Shown here piece by piece: positions 8,882 to 19,739 of a stretch of DNA of 64,000 nt. Both the position numbers and the translations under genes were made by a program. Position 1 is the first letter of the stretch. The number at the start of each line of letters is the position of its first letter. The DNA is taken from assembly GCA_964496425.1 (NCBI GenBank), contig CAZBZO010000001.1, forward strand, positions 205,744 to 269,743, written 5' to 3'. This stretch comes from an uncultured Candidatus Saccharibacteria bacterium (lineage in GTDB: Bacteria > Patescibacteriota > Minisyncoccia > Phycocordibacterales > UBA9973). The notes beneath the pieces are model-generated. The model made no database searches. It saw only the letters and a program-made list of their open reading frames with translations, and was not told the DNA's origin.

Positions 8882-10735
8882 CTAATTTTGTGAATTTGAT
8901 CTCTGCCCCGCTTCCGCATTGATCAGGTCTGCTTTGGCTTTCTTGATAGCCAAAACCTGTGAAGGATCAGAGGTGATGATCTGGTCTTCTGTATATGAGG
9001 CGATTGTTTTAATTGCTACGTGCTTAAGTCCGGCGAAGAATATGCCCTCCCCTACAGCCGACTCCAAAAGAAGATACTTTTCTTCGTCAGTGAGGTTGAA
9101 TGTTTTCTGGAGGATGTCTATTGTCGAAGGAGATTGTTTCAATAGTATTTGAATTGAGGAGTTGGTGACGATCGGGATACCGTAGGGGCTTTTCATAAAG
9201 TCTCCGACGTCTTGGGTGATGGTGGCAAGTCCAAGATAATATTTACGGCCGCGTTTGGCGATCGAGTAGAGAAAGCTTGCAGTATCTTCGGACTTCATCA
9301 TCCACCAGGCTTCATCCACGACCAGCAGACGCTTTTTCAAAACTTTACGAACTGAGTTCCAGATAAAATGAGTGACGATGTACATAGCGACTGGTTTGAG
9401 TTCGTCTTCCATGTCGCGCACGGAAAAGACCACAAACTTTCTATTGATATCGACATTGCTCGGACGATTGATAAATCCACTCCATGAACCATGGGTGTAT
9501 TTAGAAAGCCGAGATAAGATAGATTCAGTACCTTCCATACCAGAGAGCACGAGTTCAAAATCTGAAAGTAGCGGCGGTTCGATGTTAGAAAAATCAGATG
9601 TAGCAGTAATATCCTTGATCGCATAGGTTTCTGTAATAGCACGATCAACCAGTGCATCTTCTTCGGGTGTGAGACCTCCCAACATGATGCGGAAAAGGCC
9701 GACTAAATTGATGGTATTGGAGCGGAGCACGTCAGCTGCAGTTTCGTCTTCGCGCGGAATCGCGAGATCAAATGGATTGATATGGTTTTCGGAAGAGAGA
9801 GAAATATTAAAATAACGTCCGCCGATAGCTTCAGCTAAATATTCATATTCTCGCTCCGGATCTATCACGATCACTTCAGTATCAAACATAAGTGTGCGAA
9901 TGATTTCAAGCTTAGTAGCGTATGACTTACCGGAACCGGACTTGGCAAAGGTGATGGAGTTGTAGTTCTCAAGCGAGAAGCGATCGAAAATCACTAAGCT
10001 TGAATTGTGTCGGTTGACGCCATAGAGGATACCTTTGTCGGAGGTAAGGTCGAATGATACAAAGGGAAAAAGTGAAGAAAGGGGTTCAGAGTTGAGCTTT
10101 TGGTGCACTCCGAGAAGGTCGGTGCCGACTGGGATTACACTTTTAAAACCTTCTTCTTGCTGGAAAAGTGCTGGTTTGAGATATACGAGCTTGGCTTCGA
10201 GGATGGATTTGATTTCGTTTTCGATTTTAAAGAGCTCATTTTCATTGTCGGCGTAAATCGTAATATAGAGTCCAACATCAAACATTTTTTCTTGGGCTTG
10301 TTGGAGCGAATCGCGGAGCCCTTCAAGATCGCGGTACGCAGTATCGAGCATCGGATCGCGCACAAGCCCTTTTGCTTCACGAGCATTGATTTGGCTCTGG
10401 ACTTCGGCAACTTTTTTCTGAAATTGTCGCAGAAGCTTGGCCGTCTCGATCGGATGAATGAAAATCGATACATCAAAAATCTTATCGAGGTTGATGATAG
10501 GAGAAAACCAGTTGTCGGTGAGAAAACGCGGATACGAAATCACAAAAAAAGTCCGCGCGATTTTGTCGCCCAAGTTGAGCGCTTTTGGCTCAACTTTAAG
10601 CGCTGACGGCGCGATGATGTCTTGCATCTCAAGTGTCGCCGCTTCATAGATCTCAGCCGGTAACACCGGCAAGACTTGAGCGCTTGAACCATCTTTCCGT
10701 TTATCTTTTGTTTTGATTAAGCCGAATAATGCCAT
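8882..10735 (-). CDS. virB4: VirB4-like (TraC/TrsE-type) ATPase
   Basis: Walker A AKSGSGKS, VIDPEREY, INPFDL, Walker B LLVVDEAW, KRGRKY, ITQDV. Confidence 0.9.
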   Translation of the reverse strand: MALFGLIKTKDKRKDGSSAQVLPVLPAEIYEAATLEMQDIIAPSALKVEPKALNLGDKIARTFFVISYPRFLTDNWFSPIINLDKIFDVSIFIHPIETAKLLRQFQKKVAEVQSQINAREAKGLVRDPMLDTAYRDLEGLRDSLQQAQEKMFDVGLYITIYADNENELFKIENEIKSILEAKLVYLKPALFQQEEGFKSVIPVGTDLLGVHQKLNSEPLSSLFPFVSFDLTSDKGILYGVNRHNSSLVIFDRFSLENYNSITFAKSGSGKSYATKLEIIRTLMFDTEVIVIDPEREYEYLAEAIGGRYFNISLSSENHINPFDLAIPREDETAADVLRSNTINLVGLFRIMLGGLTPEEDALVDRAITETYAIKDITATSDFSNIEPPLLSDFELVLSGMEGTESILSRLSKYTHGSWSGFINRPSNVDINRKFVVFSVRDMEDELKPVAMYIVTHFIWNSVRKVLKKRLLVVDEAWWMMKSEDTASFLYSIAKRGRKYYLGLATITQDVGDFMKSPYGIPIVTNSSIQILLKQSPSTIDILQKTFNLTDEEKYLLLESAVGEGIFFAGLKHVAIKTIASYTEDQIITSDPSQVLAIKKAKADLINAEAGQRSNSQN

Positions 10736-10746
10736 AGAATTTAAAA

Positions 10747-11403
10747 TTATTTGTCTTCAAGCTTAATCGCTTGCTGAATGTCACCCGGATTGAATGTTTT
10801 ATAAAAAAGCTCGATGATTTCTTCGGTGCCAAGGAGCACGGTTCGGACGCCCAAACGAGAAAGTCCTTGCTCTACGACACCAGTGCGCTGTTCGAGCTGG
10901 GAACGTTTTTCTTCAAAGTCAGCGAGCTTCTGATCTTTGCCGGCAGTACTTTTTTTTGTATCAGCGCCACCCGGCAGAAAGCGACGGAGTGAACTGCTTT
11001 CATCCCCGAGCTGGGAAGCAGAATACGGTACGACTAAATAAAAATTCTTGGTCATAATATTGACCTGTTCGGTAAATGTCCGAATAAATTCCATGTATTC
11101 ACGAGTCTGGATCTTAAGAAGTGGCTCAAGTTGTTCTTTCATGCGATTTTCAAGCAACAAAAGGTACGGCTTGATATCGAGACGGCGTGACTGGACGACG
11201 ATTTGGCAAGAAAAATCGAGCGAATTGAGAAAATTTTGAAACTGCATAATGATCGCCCGCTGTTCGTCGGCTGATTTCAAGGAAAGATTGACTGATGAGG
11301 CGGCCAAGACAGCTCGCAAGCCGCCGTCTTTAAGGACGATGACCCCGTCGCGTACTTCTTTGATTGGTACGAATGATTGCGTTGCTTTTGCGTCCAAAGC
11401 CAT
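10747..11403 (-). CDS. VirB4 N-terminal-like conjugal-transfer-associated protein
   Basis: IKEVRDGVIVLKDG, NLSLKSADEQRAII..FQNFLNSL, KNFYLVVPY; lies between prgI and virB4. Confidence 0.7.
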   Translation of the reverse strand: MALDAKATQSFVPIKEVRDGVIVLKDGGLRAVLAASSVNLSLKSADEQRAIIMQFQNFLNSLDFSCQIVVQSRRLDIKPYLLLLENRMKEQLEPLLKIQTREYMEFIRTFTEQVNIMTKNFYLVVPYSASQLGDESSSLRRFLPGGADTKKSTAGKDQKLADFEEKRSQLEQRTGVVEQGLSRLGVRTVLLGTEEIIELFYKTFNPGDIQQAIKLEDK

Positions 11404-11487
11404 ATACAACAGTATAGCATTAATGTCAGGCCTCGATTAAATTTTTACTATCGAATATCTCGAGCGAGACTCTACGATTGGGAAATA

Positions 11488-11898
11488 CTATTTCTTATTT
11501 ACGTCGAGCACATCCAGACTCCAAGAAATATCTTTAAGTTTGCTATCAGAGAGCCGCGGTAAGTAGGCAGGCAGATCCGGCAGAGCTTCTACAGCTTTCT
11601 TTTCTGTTTTCTTGTGTTTGGGATCTTTTTTCCAGATGTAGAGCTTGCTGCCGAAGGAATATCGGAAATAAGCCTCGACGATATTGAGGAAAGGCTTGTT
11701 GTTGACCTTGTAAAATGCCAGCGCTGCTGCGAATATGCCAATCGGAGCGATAAGGATGACCGCGACAAAGTGCGGCAAGAGACGCCAGAGTACAAATGCC
11801 AAGCCGGCACCGCCCACGATATAAACGAATTGCTTAAAAGTAAATGGGCCGAAGATCTTGTCTTCAACATCAATAAATTGTGGAACCTGGAAGCGCAT
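11488..11898 (-). CDS. prgI: PrgI family protein (VirB3-like)
   Basis: MRFQVPQFIDVEDKIFGPFTFKQF followed by two TM helices and FYKVNNKPF. Confidence 0.88.
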   Translation of the reverse strand: MRFQVPQFIDVEDKIFGPFTFKQFVYIVGGAGLAFVLWRLLPHFVAVILIAPIGIFAAALAFYKVNNKPFLNIVEAYFRYSFGSKLYIWKKDPKHKKTEKKAVEALPDLPAYLPRLSDSKLKDISWSLDVLDVNKK

Positions 11899-11903
11899 AT
11901 TTT

Positions 11904-12806
11904 TTATTGAGGGATTTCTCGATATGGATCAACGCGCGGTGGAGTGGTGGATGGAGCAGGTGTAGCTGGCTTGATAGAATAGTCTGTCTCATGCTTGGGC
12001 ATATTCATTGGCGCCACGAATTTCTGTTCGGATACGGATACAGGTGCGACTGGCACAGTATTAGGAGTGTTGGTGATTGGTGATTTGATATTTGGGTCTT
12101 GTGGAGCAGCGGGTGGTGGCACGATTTTTTGGATTGTCGGAATAGAAGATGGGAATTTGGAACTCGTACCTGCTGGTGGATTTTCAATACTTTTCAAAAG
12201 ATCGTCGCGGTTCATACTACTGGTACCTGCAAGATTGATGGTTGGGGCAGGTTGTGAAATAGTAGGTGCGGTCGGTGCCTTAAATGGAGGATTTACTGTG
12301 TCGTTTACGATTTCTACTCCAGCGTTTTTGAGAGTGTCAGACGTTGATTGAGCGATAGGAGGAGCGATTGGAGCATCTTCAGGCAAGGAACGATTCTCGA
12401 AGTTGTCTTTTGCTGTATAAACTTTCTGTATTGATTCGCGGATCGGTAAAAAGATTTGATCGCCCAAATCTTTCACAATACCATCGATCATTTCATCGGA
12501 GAGTTTGAGTTGAAGCATCAGTTCATCACGAAATTCGTCAGGCTTGGTCATACCAAGGAGCATCATCGATGTTTCGATTTCAAGACTTCCGAGTTGTTCA
12601 TAGGTAAGCTTGCGAGCTTTGGCGATTTCAAAGAGCTTAGTTGAATAATTATCTGAAATAATTACCTCTTGTATATCTGCAGGTAGAAGTTGAAAGCGGC
12701 TTCTCATCTGCCTCTCTACTTCCGTGAAATTTTCTTCGTTTGTTGTGTCTGTAGAGGAAACTTTCAGAAGAGTACTTCCTATTTTTTGTGCATCGTTTGG
12801 GTTCAT
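11904..12806 (-). CDS. hypothetical protein with Pro-rich C-terminus ending DPYRE
   Basis: 300-aa ORF co-oriented in the T4SS-like cluster; helical N-domain and Pro-rich tail. Confidence 0.7.
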   Translation of the reverse strand: MNPNDAQKIGSTLLKVSSTDTTNEENFTEVERQMRSRFQLLPADIQEVIISDNYSTKLFEIAKARKLTYEQLGSLEIETSMMLLGMTKPDEFRDELMLQLKLSDEMIDGIVKDLGDQIFLPIRESIQKVYTAKDNFENRSLPEDAPIAPPIAQSTSDTLKNAGVEIVNDTVNPPFKAPTAPTISQPAPTINLAGTSSMNRDDLLKSIENPPAGTSSKFPSSIPTIQKIVPPPAAPQDPNIKSPITNTPNTVPVAPVSVSEQKFVAPMNMPKHETDYSIKPATPAPSTTPPRVDPYREIPQ

Positions 12807-12833
12807 ATGCTTTGTATATTATACCTTATATTA

Positions 12834-15800
12834 TTAATGATGAGCAGCGGCAGGACTATCCTTGCCACTTTTTTTAGATGAACTTGGGGCAATGTTAAAT
12901 ATACCTTTGAAGATATTAACCGCTGGTCCGCTATATTTGTCTTTATGTTTTGATTCATGCCCATGTGTCCCTTTTCCACCTTTTTCTTCAGTGTGTTGTA
13001 ATTCATGTTCTGCGTCTTCAGCTCGATTATAATAATCAGCAAAATACTTATTTAGACCAATTGCAGTGGTTTTGTTTATTGATTCAATCATACCGCCGAC
13101 AACTGCGCCCGGGATTGTACCTACTCCGGGTAGTACACTTCCAACAACGAGACCTTTGGCTGCACCTTTTGCAAAGCTTTTCGCAAATTCTCTTACGAAA
13201 CGTTTGCCGAGTTCATCAGATCCAACTTTCGTGCTAGTGTCAAAATGCCCAAACTCTTTAATGTTTCCAAAAGCATCTCGCTCTTCATTTTTATGTAGTT
13301 CGTATGGTGAATTCTTCTTCATTCTTTCCCATACGTATTCTTTCACAATAGCTTTTTCATTATTTTTTAGAGCCTTATCAAGTTTTTCAATATCAAGTTT
13401 CTTATTTTCGATAGTTCTTCCGTCATCTTTTACAATATCTTCATGATCATCTTTGACTTTTTTAACTTCATTTTCTGCAAGTGTTCGTCTATCCAATAGA
13501 GGTTGGGGAACTTTTGCATCTTTTCCATTTTGATCTTTATGATCTCGTATTGCATTATTTGCCAACTCAAGTTCTCTGTTTGGTGCTTTCAATTCGTCCT
13601 CCATCTGCTCTTTATGTTGTTTTTGATTTACTTGTGCTGTTTCAAGCGCTGCTTTGGCTGTTTTTGTCTTTGCCTCAATATCTTTTTTCTTCGTCATATT
13701 TATTCCCAGCCTTTCACCTTCCGCAATCATCTTTTTTGTTCCACGTTCTTGCGCTCCAGTAAATCCGCCAGCTGAACCCGCAGTACTTAGATTTTTTAGT
13801 CCTGGGACATTGCCTAGTTGGTTAAGATTTACTCCCACTGCTGTTGAAAGCTTGCTTGCAACTACATTTTGACGGGCATCAAAGCTTGAGGTTTTTAAGC
13901 CCTCAATGGTTTTGAGTTTTTGTCGAGCAATCATTGCGCTTGTTCCAGTACCTGTCGCTTCTTGCCTCCATTTATCTAATTTTTCTTGATTTACGGCTGA
14001 GGCTGCGCGTCCTATAATGTTTCTCCCTGCAAATGCAGTTGCTCCTGCTCCTAACCCAATTGCAGCCCCGCTAACAAATTGAGCTGCACCTGTTGCGCCC
14101 TTAATTACCATCGCACCAATTTCTCCAGAAGCCTTAACTGCATATTCCGTTGCCTTCAAAAGAAGCAGCATGATAATCAGCATCGGAATAATGATCAACA
14201 GGAGTGTCTCTACTAAGCCACCTGTTGTTTGAAGATCAGGGTTAAATGTATTGAGTATCACGGAACTTTTTGCTAAAAGAGATATGAGATATATAAAAAA
14301 CATAAAAATAGGTGCCATAAAGGCAAGTTCAATCGTTTTTTTCCACCACCCCGTCCAGCCTATACCCTCAATATGCTGCATTGAAGGAATGATGTATGTA
14401 ATGAAGGCAAAAGGTGCAAAAATAATCTGTATCCATAGACCAATAATTCTTCCAACAAACGCAAGGCTGGATTTTACAAATGCAAATGTTGCGAATAAAA
14501 AAATGAGTCCAGAAGTGACGATTAACGATATTGTTACTGAAACAGGGAGATTAACTGTCGCATATACCCCTGTACCGTAAGGAGTGGTCAGAGCGCCTTG
14601 AGCCAGATGGTATGCTCCTGTAAAGATGCCCACACCAACTGAGGAGTTGAAACTGTTGTACGCATCTTCATAATAACTACCCACCTGTGCTTCTTTAAAT
14701 TTATTGTAGAAATCTGGATTTGTAAGTATTTGAGGACGAAATGCGCTAACGATGATTCCAGACAATCCTTTTTCGTCAACATCTGTGTGTACCTTACTAA
14801 TTATTGGAGCATAGACAGCTATGTTTCCAGAAGTGTCCTTCGCTGTGACAGTTATTTGATTGTAAAAAAGCCGTGCAAGAATATTTGAAGAGTCAATAAT
14901 GATCTTTGTAAAAAACATACTGAAGTTCAGTAGTATGGCAATAATAACCACTGATATCAGCATTTTTTTTGGATTTGCATGTCCAATTTCCAATCCCAGA
15001 ATAAGAGATATAGCGATAAAGAGTAAAATAAATATAAAAAAGATATTTGAAAGATCGCGGACAATTCCCCATGCATATCCGATGAAGCTCGAACCAGTAT
15101 AGAGTTTTGTACTTAATGTTAATCCTGCCAGTGCATCAAATAAGCTACCCGATAGCGTGAGTAGCCATGCTGGGATGCTGTACATGAAGAAATATAGAAC
15201 TTGTTGAAGACAAGCAGTAATGCTTGAATTACCGATCTCGGTACAGCCGATCTGTTCTTGCAGATTGGTAGTTGTTTTTTGTACTTGGTCATTTAAATCA
15301 TTTACATAACTTCCAGTACCTGTATTTGTTCCTGAGCTACCTCCTCCGATTGTAAGTGGTGGGTTCGGGAAAGTATACGTATCTATTAAGTACGGTGTGT
15401 TAGTGGGACCGGACCCTATAATTCTTAGTGTTATTCCACCATATTTTCCTGCCGCAATATTTGAAATTGTTATTTCAAAATTTTTACTTACACCAGGACT
15501 TACGCCGTCATAGATCGTAACAGCGGTATCCTCAAGATTAGAAATATTACCTTCATTATTAAGTACTACTTGTACTTTTCCAGATGGAATTGATGGGCCA
15601 TAGTTATAACTTCCCTTGACTACTATTGATGTCCCATTTACTTCTGCGGAAGTGATTTCTCCGGTCTGTCCTTCAGCAAAGGTCTTACGTACTTGAAGTG
15701 TCGCAGAAAACGGTGCGAAGGTGCCGGCGAGGATAGTGAATATAAGAAAAAGAGGGAGTATAGTGCGAAGAGTATTCCGGCGTCGACGTGTGGCCGACGC

Positions 15801-15848
15801 AAGATGAGCATGTGTTCCAAGGTGTAAAAATCCAAAAAATTTCTTCAT
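12834..15848 (-). CDS. VirB6/TrbL-like polytopic membrane protein with long cytoplasmic coiled-coil tail
   Basis: WGIVRDLSNIFFIFILLFIAI, LLNFSMFFTKIIIDSSN, RIIGLWIQIIFAPFAF, WWKKTIELAFMAP, then a Gly/Ala-rich and charged tail; start uncertain (15860 or 15848). Confidence 0.75.
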   Translation of the reverse strand: MKKFFGFLHLGTHAHLASATRRRRNTLRTILPLFLIFTILAGTFAPFSATLQVRKTFAEGQTGEITSAEVNGTSIVVKGSYNYGPSIPSGKVQVVLNNEGNISNLEDTAVTIYDGVSPGVSKNFEITISNIAAGKYGGITLRIIGSGPTNTPYLIDTYTFPNPPLTIGGGSSGTNTGTGSYVNDLNDQVQKTTTNLQEQIGCTEIGNSSITACLQQVLYFFMYSIPAWLLTLSGSLFDALAGLTLSTKLYTGSSFIGYAWGIVRDLSNIFFIFILLFIAISLILGLEIGHANPKKMLISVVIIAILLNFSMFFTKIIIDSSNILARLFYNQITVTAKDTSGNIAVYAPIISKVHTDVDEKGLSGIIVSAFRPQILTNPDFYNKFKEAQVGSYYEDAYNSFNSSVGVGIFTGAYHLAQGALTTPYGTGVYATVNLPVSVTISLIVTSGLIFLFATFAFVKSSLAFVGRIIGLWIQIIFAPFAFITYIIPSMQHIEGIGWTGWWKKTIELAFMAPIFMFFIYLISLLAKSSVILNTFNPDLQTTGGLVETLLLIIIPMLIIMLLLLKATEYAVKASGEIGAMVIKGATGAAQFVSGAAIGLGAGATAFAGRNIIGRAASAVNQEKLDKWRQEATGTGTSAMIARQKLKTIEGLKTSSFDARQNVVASKLSTAVGVNLNQLGNVPGLKNLSTAGSAGGFTGAQERGTKKMIAEGERLGINMTKKKDIEAKTKTAKAALETAQVNQKQHKEQMEDELKAPNRELELANNAIRDHKDQNGKDAKVPQPLLDRRTLAENEVKKVKDDHEDIVKDDGRTIENKKLDIEKLDKALKNNEKAIVKEYVWERMKKNSPYELHKNEERDAFGNIKEFGHFDTSTKVGSDELGKRFVREFAKSFAKGAAKGLVVGSVLPGVGTIPGAVVGGMIESINKTTAIGLNKYFADYYNRAEDAEHELQHTEEKGGKGTHGHESKHKDKYSGPAVNIFKGIFNIAPSSSKKSGKDSPAAAHH

Positions 15849-16027
15849 GTAAATAGGCACTGTAATTTTAGCATAGTATTGCTATGTTCGCGCCGATTTG
15901 TTCCATCGAGTACAGACTTTTCATGAGGTGTTAGCGCATCAAGTACAGATATTTACAGTATAACGTAAAAACAAAGGCCATACTACGGTTTTGTGGTACA
16001 AAATGTGATGATACAACGGTACTGGTA

Positions 16028-18805
16028 TTAGTAAATCTCGAAGCGCTCCTCGAAGTCAGCGAACCATTTATTGAGATTGTATGTTTCTTCTTTGATTGGG
16101 TCGTTTTTTGCAATCATAAACTTATTCCACCATCCTCCGCCATCGGCTGCTGGATCTCCATAGGCATATGTTTGTGGAACGAAAGTAAATCCGCAATAGA
16201 CATTATTAGGGATTCCGAGAACGTCCTCATCGAGGTCTCCAAAGAGAGGACATTTTGCTCGAGCATCATTGCCCACTGCTTCAGATGGTGTCGGGAAAAT
16301 ACTTGCCACTTTCATTTGTGGGTACGGCAAAGTAATCCCGGGATATGGATTAGGGGTGGCAATAAGCCAACTATTTGGGTCAGTTGGTGGGCCAGATGGT
16401 TTTGTTGGGTCTTGTCTTCCGCCTGTAATTTTGAGATTGTATTCAAATATCCCTGGATACGGCATCCAGCTGTAGCCATTTAATCGGTAAAATTCCTGGA
16501 CTTCCGGCAGATTTATCTCTTCTGAGCACTGTTCAAGTAGGAATACGTCGTATTCGTCCCCGGTTTGATAGGTGATCATGTCACCCTCAAGCTTTTGTAT
16601 AGCTGCTTCGTCAACGAGGGCAGCCACGGTTGTTTCGAATATTTTTAACTCTTTTCCCATCAAGTCAGCCTGTTCTTCGGATGTAAGATTTGGATCATTT
16701 AAAATACTTTCTACATCCTGGCGAATTTTATCAAGTTTTCGTACTGCGATCCGTAAGCCTTCAGCCCTTGTTTTGTGTTCTGCTAAAGTAGTTTCATAAC
16801 CTGCCAATTTGTAGTATTCACTATATGAGTCCGGAGTGATGGTCGGCATATTTTCGAGGAGATATCCTCCGGTATCAAATTTAACTGGTGAATTTCCAAG
16901 TCCCACTGCTTCATTTTCGTATGGTATCCCAGTGATGTGTGCGGTGTATTCATCAAGTGCTTGATTGAGTGTGGCTTCAGCTTTAGAAAGTGGAAGATGA
17001 GCAATACCATTGATGATTGCCGAACCAATACCTAAGGTTAGTGCGCCGGTGATCTGAGTGACAATACTATCATTAGTATCTTGTTGTTTAATACGAAGCT
17101 CACCAAAGAGATTATCCATTTTTGCTCGGGTATCGTCATACCATGTCGGACGTGGGCCCGGGATACAGTAGTCAAGTAATTGGATATCGTAAATTGTTTT
17201 GGCAAGAGCTGCATCAGTTTCAGGTACTCCGCCAAATCCTGGGGCAGGATCAACATTTGGAAATCCAGTCATAGGATTAATGCCTTTCGGTGGTCCATTT
17301 GGTGCGCCAGACACGAAACTACCAGAGCGTCCTACTTCTGGAACATATGTTTGACCGAGCCATTTTTCTTGAAGGTAAATAATATATGGAAGCTGTGTTG
17401 TTAGATCAACATTTTGGAAAGCATTATAAATACTCTGATATGAACCGTCAGTGTAGAGGCCGCTACTGTTATCACCAAAACCAAAACCACTATTGGCAAG
17501 ATCTTCTTGACTCGTACTACCTTCAGTAAAATTAGTAAGCGAGTTTACGCCTTTATTCACGAGCTGAGCCATGAGCGCATCGAATACGGCGCCCAATGAA
17601 TTGTTGATATCGTCGGAACTAATGAGAGAATCTTTTTTAATATTGAGTGCACCAGTGAGCTGGCTTGAGATAGCAATACCAGGAGTTTGGACTTCAGTTT
17701 TGCGGCAGGTGTTTTCAGCAATTATTTTTTGAAGTTCTAAAATTTCAGCATTTGTTTGGTTGCTTACATTGTTGAGCGCAGGATTATTCTGCAGTGTGTT
17801 ATTTACCCATGCAGAATTGCCGCTACTGTCAGTGGATGTATATCCTGTGCCAATTCCGCCTGTTTGAGTTTTTGGAGGAGGTAAAGTCCAATTCGTATTA
17901 ACTCCACCAGAAGTTGTAACACCTTGCATTGCATACAAAAGATTAAGTTTATCCTGCGCCGCTCTGGCTTCATCTGCATCTGTTTGTGTCAACGGCCCTG
18001 GATCGACACAGGCTTCAAAGTTGAGAAAGCCGCCGCTTTGTGCCAGTCCGGCTCTGACCTCTTCAGCTTTCGTTTGAAATGTGCCTTCGAGCCGCATATC
18101 CCATTCGTCGGCTGCCATCATGGCAAAGCCAACCGGGTTGTTTTGTTGAAATTGAGTCGCAGCTTGGAATGCTCCCCAACCGCCGACGTTGAAGTCGTTA
18201 TAAAAGTCGATATGTGTTGCGCTCGGTGTCCCGGCTTGGATGACTTTGTCGAGTGAAAACTGCGCATTGGCATTGAAGCCAGCTTGGTATTGAGCAAGGA
18301 GCGCCGTCAAAGTATCCTTGCCGAATGGAAAATTGGCAGAATCAAATGCGATTTCGTTGGTGAAAGCCACGATTTCTTCTTCGGCAATGCTTTTAAAAAA
18401 CGATCCGGGATCACGCACATAAAATGGTGCGCCTTTAAAACCGTTGTTGATCCAGTTGACAGTATCAGACGAGAGCTTGGCTAAAAGTCTTTTAGAAATA
18501 TACTGAGCAATAGCTTTATCACAACCTTCGCGCTTATTTGCAGCGACATCGTTAGTAGCGACAGTAGTGTCGAGTGCGCCGAATACACTTCCTAAGGCAT
18601 CACCGATCTTGCTGCCAAGTCCGCTACATTTCAGTGCGACGCCGCCGATACCACCAATTGTGGCTTGCAAGCCGAATGAATCACTTACTTGTGCGTAGGT
18701 TTTTTCTGGTACAAATAAAAATCCTGCTGGTGCGAGTAGAGACGCAATCAAAAAACCACTTGCAATTTTTGTTTTCAAATCTCTGACGCGTAACTCGTAA
18801 CTCAT
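16028..18805 (-). CDS. large exported hypothetical protein of the T4SS-like cluster
   Basis: 925-aa ORF with signal peptide (EKTYA/Q), TVNWINNGFKGAPFYV, several Cys. Confidence 0.7.
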   Translation of the reverse strand: MSYELRVRDLKTKIASGFLIASLLAPAGFLFVPEKTYAQVSDSFGLQATIGGIGGVALKCSGLGSKIGDALGSVFGALDTTVATNDVAANKREGCDKAIAQYISKRLLAKLSSDTVNWINNGFKGAPFYVRDPGSFFKSIAEEEIVAFTNEIAFDSANFPFGKDTLTALLAQYQAGFNANAQFSLDKVIQAGTPSATHIDFYNDFNVGGWGAFQAATQFQQNNPVGFAMMAADEWDMRLEGTFQTKAEEVRAGLAQSGGFLNFEACVDPGPLTQTDADEARAAQDKLNLLYAMQGVTTSGGVNTNWTLPPPKTQTGGIGTGYTSTDSSGNSAWVNNTLQNNPALNNVSNQTNAEILELQKIIAENTCRKTEVQTPGIAISSQLTGALNIKKDSLISSDDINNSLGAVFDALMAQLVNKGVNSLTNFTEGSTSQEDLANSGFGFGDNSSGLYTDGSYQSIYNAFQNVDLTTQLPYIIYLQEKWLGQTYVPEVGRSGSFVSGAPNGPPKGINPMTGFPNVDPAPGFGGVPETDAALAKTIYDIQLLDYCIPGPRPTWYDDTRAKMDNLFGELRIKQQDTNDSIVTQITGALTLGIGSAIINGIAHLPLSKAEATLNQALDEYTAHITGIPYENEAVGLGNSPVKFDTGGYLLENMPTITPDSYSEYYKLAGYETTLAEHKTRAEGLRIAVRKLDKIRQDVESILNDPNLTSEEQADLMGKELKIFETTVAALVDEAAIQKLEGDMITYQTGDEYDVFLLEQCSEEINLPEVQEFYRLNGYSWMPYPGIFEYNLKITGGRQDPTKPSGPPTDPNSWLIATPNPYPGITLPYPQMKVASIFPTPSEAVGNDARAKCPLFGDLDEDVLGIPNNVYCGFTFVPQTYAYGDPAADGGGWWNKFMIAKNDPIKEETYNLNKWFADFEERFEIY

Positions 18806-18812
18806 AATTAGT

Positions 18813-19712
18813 TTAAATTATACCATGGCTACTAAAGTATTCCCCGAGAATTTTGATTGCAGCCACGGCGTCATTTTCTGCATCATTGTATTGAGAGATC
18901 CCTACAAGACCTAAGAGTGGATTGTCTAAAAGCGTACTTGCATTCTTAAGGGCTGCTCCTGTTTTAGCGTAGCTGTTTATAAGGACGATGTGGTTGTTTA
19001 GAGTGTCTATGGGTACGATGAGCGCTTTTAATTCCTTGGCCATATCTTCGTATGCTTGTCCGATCTTGGCGACGTCTGTCATTGTGTCAGCATCCTCGGT
19101 GTCTATTCCTTCGGCAAGCACAGCGTACTCGTGTCCAGTTGAATTTTTATACGCTACCTGTACAGCTTGAAAAGCATCGTAGTATTCTTGAATTACAGGC
19201 GTTGTTACTTGAGTAGTGGTAATATCGGAAGAATTGTATACATCAGGCAATACTTGAAATTCATTTAGATTTTTGCCGAAGCCAAGCGCAAGATTGGTGA
19301 TGGAGTTTTGGTTGAGGTCACCAGAAGCTTTGAGGGATGAAACTGTAGAGAAGAATTCTCGAGCAAAACGTTCAGTTTCATTTATTTTTCCATCAGGATT
19401 ACCATCACCGCTATCAGTATTGAGAGCATCACGGCGGGCGTTGATTTCTACTTCGTCCGACATTCCATCTCCATCACTATCCTTTTTATTTGGATCAGTC
19501 CCCCAGAGCTCTTCTTCCCAGTCAGGAATCGTGTCGAGATCGGTATCACGGTTGATCACATCCTGCACAAGCATCCCTTCCCGAGAATCCTCTTTTGTAA
19601 AAATAGTTTTTCCACCAGATAAATATGCATACACTCCCCAGGTGATGAGAAGAAAAACAAAGAGTGAGCCGGTGATACGTACAAATTTTTTACTCGGAAG
19701 ATAGGTAGTCAT
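18813..19712 (-). CDS. membrane-anchored protein with thrombospondin type-3-like Ca-binding repeat
   Basis: N-terminal TM; DTDLDTIPDWEEELWGTDPNKKDSDGDGMSDEVE. Confidence 0.75.
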   Translation of the reverse strand: MTTYLPSKKFVRITGSLFVFLLITWGVYAYLSGGKTIFTKEDSREGMLVQDVINRDTDLDTIPDWEEELWGTDPNKKDSDGDGMSDEVEINARRDALNTDSGDGNPDGKINETERFAREFFSTVSSLKASGDLNQNSITNLALGFGKNLNEFQVLPDVYNSSDITTTQVTTPVIQEYYDAFQAVQVAYKNSTGHEYAVLAEGIDTEDADTMTDVAKIGQAYEDMAKELKALIVPIDTLNNHIVLINSYAKTGAALKNASTLLDNPLLGLVGISQYNDAENDAVAAIKILGEYFSSHGII

Positions 19713-19739
19713 AGAAAAAGTAAAACAGTGTATAGCGAA

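Noticed and set aside
8882-15848. Conjugative element (ICE)
   Set aside because: No relaxase, coupling protein, integrase or boundary repeats; the cluster is embedded among core genes.
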